A stretch of DNA of 63,647 nucleotides, the filler included, from Folioceros fuciformis (taxonomy: Eukaryota), in assembly GCA_049999805.1 (NCBI GenBank). It is 4 parts of 4 records of this genome, joined end to end, with 100 filler letters (N's around TTAATTAATTAA, not from the genome) between each part and the next. Parts side by side here need not be neighbours in the genome. Positions count along the whole stretch, not along the records: positions 17,239 to 38,285 come from JBNGIO010005450.1; positions 38,386 to 63,647 come from JBNGIO010005452.1; 2 more parts are not named here. The stretch is one strand, 5' to 3'. The notes under the pieces were generated by a model. That model saw only the letters and a list, made by a program, of their open reading frames with translations. It ran no database searches and was not told the origin of the DNA. A program made the translations under genes and the position numbers. Positions 37,464 to 48,330 of the stretch are shown piece by piece. Within the stretch, counting starts at the first letter, position 1. Each line of letters opens with the position of its first letter.

Positions 37464-38385
37464 GAGGTACATTCTTGTGTAGGTCTGCATGTAGACCGGG
37501 TCCACGCTCTTGGATCGTGTAACAAGTCCTAGGTGCAGGTACCATCGTCAGCGACGTCCTTCACAATAGGATGGCACGGGAGCCTTTTTGAAATCCCGAC
37601 AAGCCGATGGTCCACTTCACAAATCGATTCGTGGTGCCCATCCGCTAGCCCGAAGCTGGAAGCTGGAAGCTGGAAGCTGGAGGGAGCGACGCCTGAACTG
37701 TCTCCTGTCCCTGGAGGAGACGATACCTCAAAGCCAACCACGGTGACGTAGAACATGCATATTCCATGTAACAATATAATACTATGAATTTAATAATTCT
37801 CTATAATTTATTTACTTTTACTACAAAAATATTATAAACAAACTCCACCTCTAAACTAGAGGGTTACCCATTACGGACGAACTGAGTTAAATAATCTTAA
37901 TTATAACATAGATTTTTGAAGCTGGAATGAGAATACTACATTGCTTACGAATGTAAATATATAAGGCAGTAAAATTAACATGAAAGTTGGGTGGTTGCCA
38001 TTTTATGGAACTAAAATAGCTTAGATATTGATATGCATTTAGGATTAAGGAATCAATTTTGGATATTCATGTGTCATGCATTAATTTCAAATTTTTTAGT
38101 TTCAAAGTACTACACAAATTATGTCTAGGATTAAGATGTGAAGGTATGCAAATTTTATCTAAGATTAGAATATAAAAGATAAAATTTATTTCAATTGCAC
38201 TATTCTTTGTTGTATTATTCTTAATACTTTCTTGCTATCACAAAGCACAAAGATGGTGTTGTGATGGTGTTGTCACAACATAGGGNNNNNNNNNNNNNNN
38301 NNNNNNNNNNNNNNNNNNNNNNNNNNNNNTTAATTAATTAANNNNNNNNNNNNNNNNNNNNNNNNNNNNNNNNNNNNNNNNNNNN

Positions 38386-41300
38386 ATGTCGTTTCTGGAA
38401 TGCAAATCATTACGCATCCTGATTTTGCATGGGATAAAGGACCCCTCTTTCATGAAAGCGTTGGTGCAGTCTTTGGAGAAAAATGCATCTTTGAATGAGC
38501 TCAGGTTTTTGTTTTGCTGGGAACTCGACGATGAGCTGTTCAGAGAGTTGATGCAGTCCCTCCAAAACAACACCACTTTACGGAAGATCTTGGTAGCGGG
38601 TACAAACTGGGCTAATGAGGGAAAGCAGGCCATCATCAACGCGACGTTGGCACGCAATGTTAGTCACAGGGCCTACTGGCCTTCGCTTTTGGAGGGGCAC
38701 GAGGCTGTGAAGCCCAGGGACGGGCGTCTTTTCCTGTGCGGTGCACCGTACGCAGGGAAAACCACTCTCCGAAACACCATGACCACCGCATGGCGCGCAT
38801 CGCAACCACACACATCACATTCTACAGGAGGCGCATCAGCTAACCAAGTCCAATTGCGGGAACAACTGTCTCTCGCTTGGAGACAGTTGTTCGGTAATGT
38901 TCCACGCACAGGAGCGGCATCACCCAGCCAGGTGGGTACTGTCCCCAGAACGGAAGGTATAGAAATCGAAGTGCTGCGCAACGACGACGAGATGGAAGTT
39001 ACCATTTGGGATTTGGCTGGACAAGCTCACTACCGAGTTCTGGAAGACTACTTGTTCCCCATCTTCAACCAGACATGTGTCTTCTTGTTCACATTCAACC
39101 CGTTTGATGCCGGCAAGCTTAGTGGACCCCTCCTGTCTACTGAAATGCTGGTGGACAAGTTCAGAAACAGCTTCAAGTTCTGGCTTAGGTTCATCCACTC
39201 TAATTCTCGCAACGTGGGTTCCTGTTTGCCTCGGGTATTTGTGGTTGTCACTCATAAGGATCAGATGCAGGCTCTGGAGGCTGAAACACTAGTCGAACTG
39301 CTGCAACCAGTCGTGGACGAGTTGGCCCAGGATTTTGAGGAGGTACTGCATGTTACGACAACCCATCTATTCTTCATGGATGCTCGATCTACGCACACCG
39401 TGCACCCCGTGCTGGAGGAACTATTCCAATCATTTCGACAGCTATTTGCACTTCCTCTGTTTTGGGTTCCGGAGCCATGCAACCGACTCAGTACTGTTTT
39501 GACACAGTGGGTATCTCGAAATCCAGCTGAGCCTATTGTCACCAAGGAGCGATGCAAAGAGTTGTTTCAACAAGATGATGAGCAACGCCTTCAAGCAATT
39601 CTTGCCTATCTCCACGATGCAGGCAGAGTCATCTGGTTCCAAGATGTAGATGCTGTGGTGGTGAATCCACAATGGATGAGTCATTCGTTTCTGGGCCGCC
39701 TCATCCAGCGCCTAGCCGGACAGCCTTGCTTGGGAAGATTCAATGATGGATTTGTTTCTGAACGTTTCCTGAATGGAACCTTGAAGGACATCCTCGACCA
39801 TATGCAAGTGCAGGGGATTCGTGTTGAATATCTGGTATTATTGATGAAGAGACTAAACTTGTGCTACGAACATCATGCCAATCGAAGGGCAGGATTCTTG
39901 GTTCCCTTGACCTTGGATGACGCTGAAGGTAAAGCTCTTCAAGGGAAACGACAGTTGGATTGGAATGGTGGGGCGGCGTCCAAGTACAGTTACGTAGGGA
40001 GGCGGCTACAATGCCGAGATGGAAGAAAAACGTTTCTCGGTCCAGGCTGCTTTCTAAGATTCCAGGTACGTTGCCTTCTGAGCTGTCTCTTTTGTTAGTC
40101 ATTTAACCTCTCTTGTGTTTCATGACATGGCCAATGCTTGTGCGTTGCAGGTCAAGTTACGACAGATCTTGTTGGATGGGCTGTGCGGTATGCAGTCTCA
40201 TCAGTATAGCATTGCGCGTAACTTGATCAGATTTAACTACAATGGTATGGACGTGTTTTTGGAGAGCAGTGGGGATATTTGGGACGAGACCGGGGACATT
40301 GGGGATCGTGTTGACATTTTGATGAGGTCACTCAAGAGCAAAGACGAAACGATCCAGTTTCTCCAGCAGAGCATTGTTTCGGAACTGAGAGCATTTTGTG
40401 CCTCTCCTGAAGGTAGTCCTGGAGTTGAACTAGTAGAAGGGATCATCAGGACTAAGTGCGTGGAGAAGCTCACACTGTGTATTCACCGGCACAGTCAATC
40501 CGTTCTCAACCAGCATTTGATGAAGTTCCTTCTAGTTCATCACAAAAGTCATCCAGTGCAGACTTCCTCCGGCTCGGATTGCTCCGATTATCAATGGTGC
40601 TGGCCAGAAATGCCTGAAGCTGGTCTATCCCTTGTATACGAGAAAGCCAGGGATCTGTTAAGTAGCGAAGAGGTGCAGTCTGCTTTGCAGCAGTGTGGGC
40701 CCCGTCCATCCCTCGACTCAACGAGTGGCCCTTCAGCCGGAACAAGTCAGCCACAGGCACCGTCTATACTGAAGTTAGGGAAGGAACCTTCATATCCAAA
40801 CGAAAGGGCGAAAGCAGGTCTCCGGAGAGGGCTTGCAATGATAGTCAGCATGGAAGACCACAGACATGGGGGACAGGTAGACAGAGGGCGACTTGAAGCA
40901 CTCTTCGAGATGTTGAATTTTGATACAGATATCGTGGTGAACGGTCCTAAGGAAGGGAAATCAAGGTTGAAAGCCCTTCTCAGGGTCCCTCGCCTAGCAG
41001 AAGACGAGTGCTTTCTGTTTTGCGTGAACGCCCATGGTGGGACTGATGAAGACGGAAGACAGTATGTTTGTTCAGGTGAAGCAGACAAGGCGGAGAAGCT
41101 TTATGTTGAAGAAGATATTTTGAAGCCCATTGCTGAATGCCAATATTTGGCACACAAGCCTAAGGTGGTTGTCATAAATGATAGTCGAGGCACTGGCAGT
41201 CTGGTGAGAAGCATGAAGGTACAAGGGTCGGGCCCCGCCGACCTTACCACTACCAGCAAAGCCCAGGGGTCAGGCGATGAGGGAAGCCAGGGTCTGAGCA

Positions 41301-41554
41301 AGAGAATTCGACCCTTGTACCAGGCGAAAGATTTTCTCATCGTCTTCTCTACCAGTCCTGAAGATTTATCCTTCAGAAATGTTAAGGAAGGCACAAACTT
41401 CATCATAGCTTTCATGGGAGCCATCTGTGAGCACTCTCGTACCGAAGATGTGGTGAGCATTCTAACAAGGGTGACTCGCGACGTCACCGAAATGCAGAAC
41501 GTGCAATGTCCCCAGGTCCTCACCACACTTACTGGAAAGCTATACTGGTCTTAA
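38386..41554 (+). CDS. TORNADO1-like LRR-Roc-COR protein with C-terminal caspase-like (peptidase C14) domain, copy A; 5'-truncated by a gap. Exons <38386-40065 and 40151-41554, at least 1027 aa
   Basis: Last LRRs, then Roc motifs GAPYAGKTT, RTEGIEI, WDLAGQ, VTHKD and MDAR. COR/TRN1-like motifs YVGRRLQC, FLRFQ|V, FCASPEGSPGV and ARDLLS. An 85-bp phase-0 GT-AG intron. Caspase motifs NAHGG and KPKVVVINDSRG. Confidence 0.9.
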
Positions 41555-43489
41555 TCACTCCATTCTCTGCAAATGCCTGGTTGGCTAGCGTGAGGAGCGT
41601 GTGGTCAGGGCCTGTAGTGCCCTCCATCAAGTGTCAGGTATCAATTCTCTCTAGCCACATACTCTACTGCCTGTTTATTGGTGTGTCGAACTGCCTCTGG
41701 TCCGACCTTCTCACGTCTCCTCCCGTTCTCTGCCTGATTTGGCAAGAACGTCCTCTCACAGGGTCCTGTCTTGATGTCGAACTGAAGATGGGTCGCGGAG
41801 GCCATGTGTAGGGAGGGAAGATGGTTCTGTGTTTCAAGAAGCAAGTCCAAGTTTGGGGTCTGCACTTCTGGTGTATACATTGTTCAGTACACCAGCGTGA
41901 GGATGTATGCTCCATCTTCCCTTCCCGACCAGGAAAAAGCTAAGCTGGGACACCATGTCTCATGACCTGGCGCCGGGAGCTTGTGCCTTCGTGTCACAGT
42001 GATACCAGGCAGCACGCAGCGGTAGGTCACGGCTTGTCATAACTGAATTAGGGTTGGTAGGATGTTTTAGGGTCGGTGCTGTGGCCATAGTTTATTCTGG
42101 TCTGGACACCTTTCTCTCTCTTCCTCTATCAATAAAGCCTGGGTTCTCTCCACTAAGCATTGACCGACATACATGGACACGTACTGTTTGTAGTATTCGT
42201 GTCCCGATTAGCAGCAGCCAAGAACTCTCTCGATCGCGAAGGAAACGTGTGGGACGGGTAAGCTTCAGAGCGACCGACCACCAGTGGAATACAGTACGGT
42301 GTTGCGTCGTACTGGGAGCTGCTGGTAGTGACTTACCTGACATCTCTCTGTCGGTGCAGATTCAAGAAATAGTAGACAGACCTGGTTTGCGGCGTGTTGA
42401 GCTATGTTTCCGATTGTGCAGTTACCGTCGGAACTGGCAGGAACTCCAAAAGCAGACTTCAAGTAAATTCTGGTTGATGAATCTCCAGTTGCCTAATGCA
42501 CAGGTTGATTTCAAGTAAGTTGTTCTTCCCGGGATCCTTCAGGATGTCAAGGGGAATTGTGAACGGGGCGTATCTCGGTGTTGATAGGCAGAGGCTTTAT
42601 TGGCCATGCTGTGCCACTCGTTTCGGCTTGCTGAATAGTAATGTGTATGTCGTTGCCCCAGAGACGCAGATTCTCAGCCCTGATGGCTGGCTGCAGAAAT
42701 GAGTCAACTTGGCCAGCCAGCAAGCCAACTTGCCTTTCCTTCTGACTGATGTACCGGGCCAAAGGCACAGTGCTGTGTTGTGTTGTGACTCGAGCTCTTG
42801 TAGGGCAGAGATGTGGAACATGGATGCCAGCCATCCAACAGAACGGCTCATTCGTGGCCTGTCTTGCACTGCCCCCGCTCCAATGGCATACCTGACCCCT
42901 CCACTGACGCCTGACCCCTCCACTGACGGCTAACGTGAGTCATGATCGGGGCAATGCCAATGGCATCATATCATGCTCAAATGAGGAGGTGCAGGAGGAA
43001 TTTCTTCTACGCCCTACCATGTGCAGCAGACAATCTCTGGACGAAAGGTTCCAAACCGGCTGAAAGTGGAGAGGACGAAAGGTCCCAAACAGGCTGAAAG
43101 TGGCGAGAGAGGATGAGACTCTGTTTTCTCTCCTTGTTTGGCACACACTGAATAGGATAATTGCATAGTTTGTGTGAATGGAAGAGTTGCATAGTTTGTA
43201 TGGGTAGTGGACGTGAGTTTGTGTACTCCTTCCGCGCGGTCTGCCGAAGAATCGCCCTCTACATCCTTCGGCGTGCTTGCCTTTATGTTTACGATAGCTG
43301 AGCTAACCTGAGTCCAAGGGGAGGCAGACCTTTTGATGCACACACAATTCAGAACGATATACAGACTGTTTCTCATTCGAATACGCAGAACGATATACAG
43401 ACTGTTTCTCATTCAAGGTACAAATAATGTGGGATTGGAAGCAACCCAGACGGGCAGTGTCATTCAGAGGAAAAAGGTCCAAAGGAAGG

Positions 43490-43905
43490 GATGACGATAG
43501 CTTTCTGCTTTGCATTAATGGCATGGTGAGACTGAAGAAGATGGTTGAGTGTATGTTTGCTTAGGTGAAGCAGACAAGGCGGAGAAGCTTCGTGTTGAAG
43601 AAGTTATTTCGAAGCCTATCGCTGAATTTTGAAGGCGGGAATTTGACAAACAAGCCTAAGGTGGTTGTCATAAATGTTTGTCGATGCACTGGCAGTCTTG
43701 CCAAAAGCGTGAAAGCGCAGGGTTCAGGCACCGCCAACCTTGCCACTAGCAGCAAAGCCATGGGCTCAGACGTGGAGGAAAGCCAGGGTCCCAGCAAGAG
43801 AATTCGACCCCTGTATTATGCGAGCGCCTTTCTCACCGTTTACTCCACCAGTCCTAGAGACGAATCTTTGAGAGATGTCCAGAAAGGCCCAAACTTCATC
43901 ATAGG
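43490..43905 (+). pseudogene. Isolated caspase-domain relic paralogous to copies A and B
   Basis: Aligns by eye to about 41000-41410 (FLLCIN..HG, GEADKAEKL, KPKVVVINVCRCTG, SKRIRPLY, YSTSP, GPNFII), with stops and frameshifts. Confidence 0.88.
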
Positions 43906-45121
43906 TTTTGTTTTTGTATGTTTGCTTAGGTGAAGCAGACAACGCCGAGAAGCTGCGACGGCGTGCGGGAAGCCGCTGCGGGTGGGATCCTTCTGTACCT
44001 CGTTGCCCGTGGCTTAGGCCACCACGTGATCTCGTCGTCACTTGCTTAACAGAGAGAGATATGAGTGATGGTCATGGAGATCACCCCTCATGAAGTTAGG
44101 ATGAGGTCTTCAAGAGTTCAGACCGTTAGGAACCTTTTTGTTTTTATCGAATTTGGCCCGCTGCTGGAAGAGTGTCGGATCGGTGCATGCTAGTCTTCGG
44201 GACTGGAAATTCAATGCCAGAACTACAGCAGAAGGGAATAGTAGGATGAGGTTGATTGTGCGAAGCCGTGATGCAGACCTGATTTTGTCCCCGCGGCCCG
44301 GTGACGGAAATGCGTCAGGTGCATTTCAAGCCTGGCGAGCTTGCCAGTGCCACACAAGTAAGGCAGTGGAAAGCGTGCGCATCTGCCTGGTTTGAAGAAC
44401 TGCCTGGTGTCGCAGCCCTTGTGTTGCTTGTTCATGGTTTGACCTTTCGGCTTGCTTTCAGGTGGACCAAGGGCATGTCAGGCAGTGTGGAACAATTTCA
44501 TTGCGGACCGCACTACTGGCAAGGTATGATGCTCTGGTGGCTGAGGATTAGCTGTTGAATTCGAGAGCACCCAGGCACGGACTGACTCGCACTTAGTGCA
44601 ATGCAAAACGAGGAGACCTGGTTGTTTTGAATCCTGGTCGAATCAGGTGCAGTGCAGATAAGCTGCCCTCAACCGGTCATTCAGCCAGGGACTCTACCCT
44701 CAATCGGAGGAAAGAGTCCAGGGACGGCGGAAAGCTGAAGGAACGCGAGCGAGCGTTGTACATGTAACGATGTCCATGGATGCAGTGACCTTTCCAATGA
44801 TGGACTGGCTGGTGACAGGGAAATTTGTGGCATGGAATGCACTGGTTCCTGGGAATGCAACGAAGGGGCTCGGCTGTTCTGTATGGACGTTTGTTCTGTC
44901 TGGACAGAATGCATCAAGAGGGCCTGATTTTGGCGGAGTATGGCACTTCTGCGTGCATTCTCAATGGCTTTGCAAGCTCTGGTGCCTTGACGAAGATCAG
45001 GGAGCCGCACGGAATGTGCCTGAGGAGTGTTGTTTGAGGATCCGTGGTGGAAGAAGAGCCTGCAAGTGCCACATGCGCAGCAGCTGAAGATGCGGCGTCT
45101 TTCTAGGATGGCAGGGACTGG

Positions 45122-48100
45122 TTGTCCCCCGCGTCCCTGTGCTGGTACGGAAGGGGAGGAGTTTCGGGGAGGGGCGTGCGGCGATACCTGGCGCATCCCT
45201 CTGTTGCTCGTTCCTGCTCCCTGTATCGCGGCGTGGCAGGCGAGCTTGGCCCTGTCGGGCCTGGAGGATACCAAGTGGGTGTGATGCCTGAAACAGTGAG
45301 CAAGCTGTGTGAGGAGGGTCGGCTCAAGGAGGCTGTTGAGGCTTTGGGAATTCTGGTGCAAGTAGGCTGGCACGTTTCCAAGTCCCTCGTGTATACGGTG
45401 CTCAGGGGGTGTGTTGAACAGAAGGATCTTCTTCTAGGGCGCCGTGTGCACGCTTTCACGGTTCAGAAGGGGTACCAGTCGGACACTTTCCTGGGCAACC
45501 ACGTTCTGCGATTGTACGATTTTCATGGCAGATTGCAGGACGCGATGGATGTGTTCACCGTTGTTGCCAGTCCAGATGCCTTCATGTGGTCTTCCATAAT
45601 TTCGGCGCATGTGTAACGGGGACTGCACAGGGAGGCTATAGAGCTTTATCGTAGGATGCGCAGGTCGGGTGTGGAGCCCGATAGCCATGTTTTCGTGGCT
45701 GCCCTCCAGGCATGTGGAAAGGGGGAAGATTTGATGGCTGTCCAGGAGCTGCATGCCGAAGTATTGGCCAGTGGGTTTGGGCGGGATTTGTTTGTTTGTA
45801 ATTGCCTGGTGGATGTGTATGGGAAGTGTGGCAGGCTGCGAGAGGCTAGAAGGGTGTTTGACGGACTCGTTGAGAAGGACGTTGTGACGTGGACTACCAT
45901 GATATCCGGGTACTCCCAGCAGGGCATGGGCAGGAAGCATTTCTTGTCTACAGTGCTATGCTGGAAGGACGGGTGGCTGTACCCAGCTCTGTGACTTATG
46001 TCTGCCTCCTGCAGGCATGTGCAAGTGTGGACCCCCCTGCTCTGGTGACGGGGAAGCAGCTCCATGAGCTAATCAGAGCACAAGGACATCTGGCTAATGT
46101 GTCTGTAGCCAATAGCTTGGTGAACATGTATGCGAAGTGTGGCAGCCTAGAGGATGCCCACAGATTGTTTTGTGATATGGGTCAGAAAGACGTGGTGACG
46201 TGGACTGCTCTAGTTGCAGGGTATTCCTTACAGGGCAAGGGCAAGGGCCAGGAGGCCCTTCAGCTCTACAGTGCCATGCAGGCAGAAGGCATCTCTGTAC
46301 CAAATTCAGTGACATTCGCATGTCTCCTGCAGGTATGTGCAAGTGTGGGCACACTGGCCTTAGATAAGGGGAGAGATCTTCATGCTCAAATCCGAGAAGA
46401 AGGACATTTGGCTGATGTGTCAGTAGCCAATACTTTGATAAGCATGTACGCAAGGTGTGGCAACCTAGAAGATGCTCGGCATGTATTTGATGGACTCGTG
46501 GAGACGAACGTTGTGACGGGGAGCGCCATGATAGCTGCGTATTCACAGGGGTGTATGGGACAGGAAGCTCTTGATCTTTACAGGGTGATGAAGGAAGAAG
46601 GTACTGTCACAGCCAATTGTGTGACGTTTGTGTCCCTGCTGCAGGCATGTGCAAGTTTGGGCATACCAGTAAAGGTCACTGGAGAGTAGCTTCATGCGGA
46701 GATAAGGGAAAGAGGGTTTGACGGGGATCTATTCTTGGCCAATAGTTTAGTCAACATGTATGCAAAGAGTGGCAGCTTGAAAGACGCGAAGAGAGTGTTT
46801 GACGCATCCGAAAGGAAAGATGTGATGATTTGGACCACTCTACTCGCAGAATATTCCCAGCCGGGCATGGGCCAGGAAGCCCTTGCTCTTTACGGAGCAA
46901 TGCAAGAGGAAGGCATTGTTGCACCTGATGCTGTGACATTTGTGTGCCTCCTGCACGCATGTGCAAGTGTGGGATCCCCAGCTTTGGAGATGGGGAAGCA
47001 GCTTCATGTGCAAATTACAGAACAAGGGTACCAAGCTGATGTATCTGTAGCCAACAGTTTGGTGAACATGTATGCAAAGTGCGGCAGTCTGGAGGATGCC
47101 CAGGAAGTGTTTGATGGACTTGGTGACAAAGATGTGGTGACATGGACTGCTCTGGTTTCAGGATACGCACAGCAGGGCATGGGCAAGGAAGCCCTTCAAG
47201 TGTACGGTGCCATGGAAGAAGAGGGCATAGCTGTGCCAATTTCTGTGACACTGACGTGCCTCCTGCAGGCCTGTGCGTGTGTGGAGGCCTTGGCTTTGGA
47301 GATGGGGAAGCAGCTGCACACCCAAACTCAAGAACAAGGGCTTGAAGCTGATGTGAACGTAGCCAACAGTTTGGTGAACATGTACTCAAAGTGTGGTAGC
47401 CTAGATGATGCGTAGAGGGTGTTTGGCAGATTAGATCGGAAACATGTAGTGACGTGGACAGTTCTCATTGCAGGATATTCACGGCAAGGAATGGGCGTCA
47501 AGGCCTTTAGCGTTTACCGTGCTATGCAAGAGGATGGGGTAGCTGTGCCTGATTGTGTCACATTAGTGTGCTTCCTGCAGGCGTGTGCAAATGTGGCAGC
47601 TTTGCAGTTGAGAAGGCAGCTACCTGTGCGGATCAAACAGCAAGGATTTGAAGCTGATGTAATTGTCGCTGGCAGTTTGATTAACATGTATGCAAAGTGG
47701 GGAAGCATGCTTGAAGCACGGCAGGTGTTCGATTCATTGTCTGACAAAAACACCGTTGCCTGGAACGGACTGATTGCAGGATACAGCCACCAAGGAGATA
47801 GTGAAGAGGTTTTGGACTTGCTTCGCAGAATGAGAGTGGACGGTATACTGCCAGACATCATAACGTTCCTTGGTGTGCTGACAGTCTGTGGTCATACAGG
47901 TCAAGTGAGCAAGGGGTGGGAGTACTTCGAAAGCATGAGCAGCCACAGTGGCATCACCCCAACGGTGGAGCACTACGCATGTATGGTAGGTCTCCTGGGC
48001 CGTGCAGGCCGACTGGACGAGGCACAAGGCCTGGTCAGGAACATGCATGTACCACCTGATGCCACAGTTTGGCACACTCTGTTGGGGGCCGCTCAAAAGT

Positions 48101-48330
48101 GGAGGAACGTGGAGGTTGGACGCCATGCTTTCAAGCAAGCAGTGAAGCTAGACAAGAAAGATGCAGCAGCCTACGTGTTGATGTCCAACATATACACCAG
48201 AGCCGAAATGTGGGAGCAAGCACAGGCCTTGCAGAGGAAGAGGGTGAGAATTAAGTAAGGCATGAAGCAGACGGGACAAAGGTGGTGGACAAACATGGAC
48301 GGCCCTGTGCACAGTTTTTGTTGTTGGGGA
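45122..48330 (+). pseudogene. PLS-class pentatricopeptide repeat gene with E/E+ domain, disrupted
   Basis: Many NSLVNMYAKCGSLEDA / DVVTWT repeats; E domain HYACMVGLLGRAG...AAYVLMSNIY. Stops at 45614, 46687, 47413 and 48256, and a frameshift near 45930. Confidence 0.92.

Noticed and set aside
40823-41554. Calling the domain an ordinary plant metacaspase
   Set aside because: It lacks the DxCHSG and YSGHG-type motifs and instead has xACRG-type and caspase small-subunit motifs.
38386-41554. Animal contamination as the source of the caspase
   Set aside because: The domain is in the same exon as plant TRN1-like sequence, occurs in three local paralogs, and is on the same ungapped stretch as plant PPR, ING1 and SANT sequences. 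Read-level confirmation is still advisable.
45614-48258. PPR stop codons repaired by U-to-C RNA editing
   Set aside because: That editing is known for organellar transcripts, whereas this is a nuclear gene that also has a frameshift.
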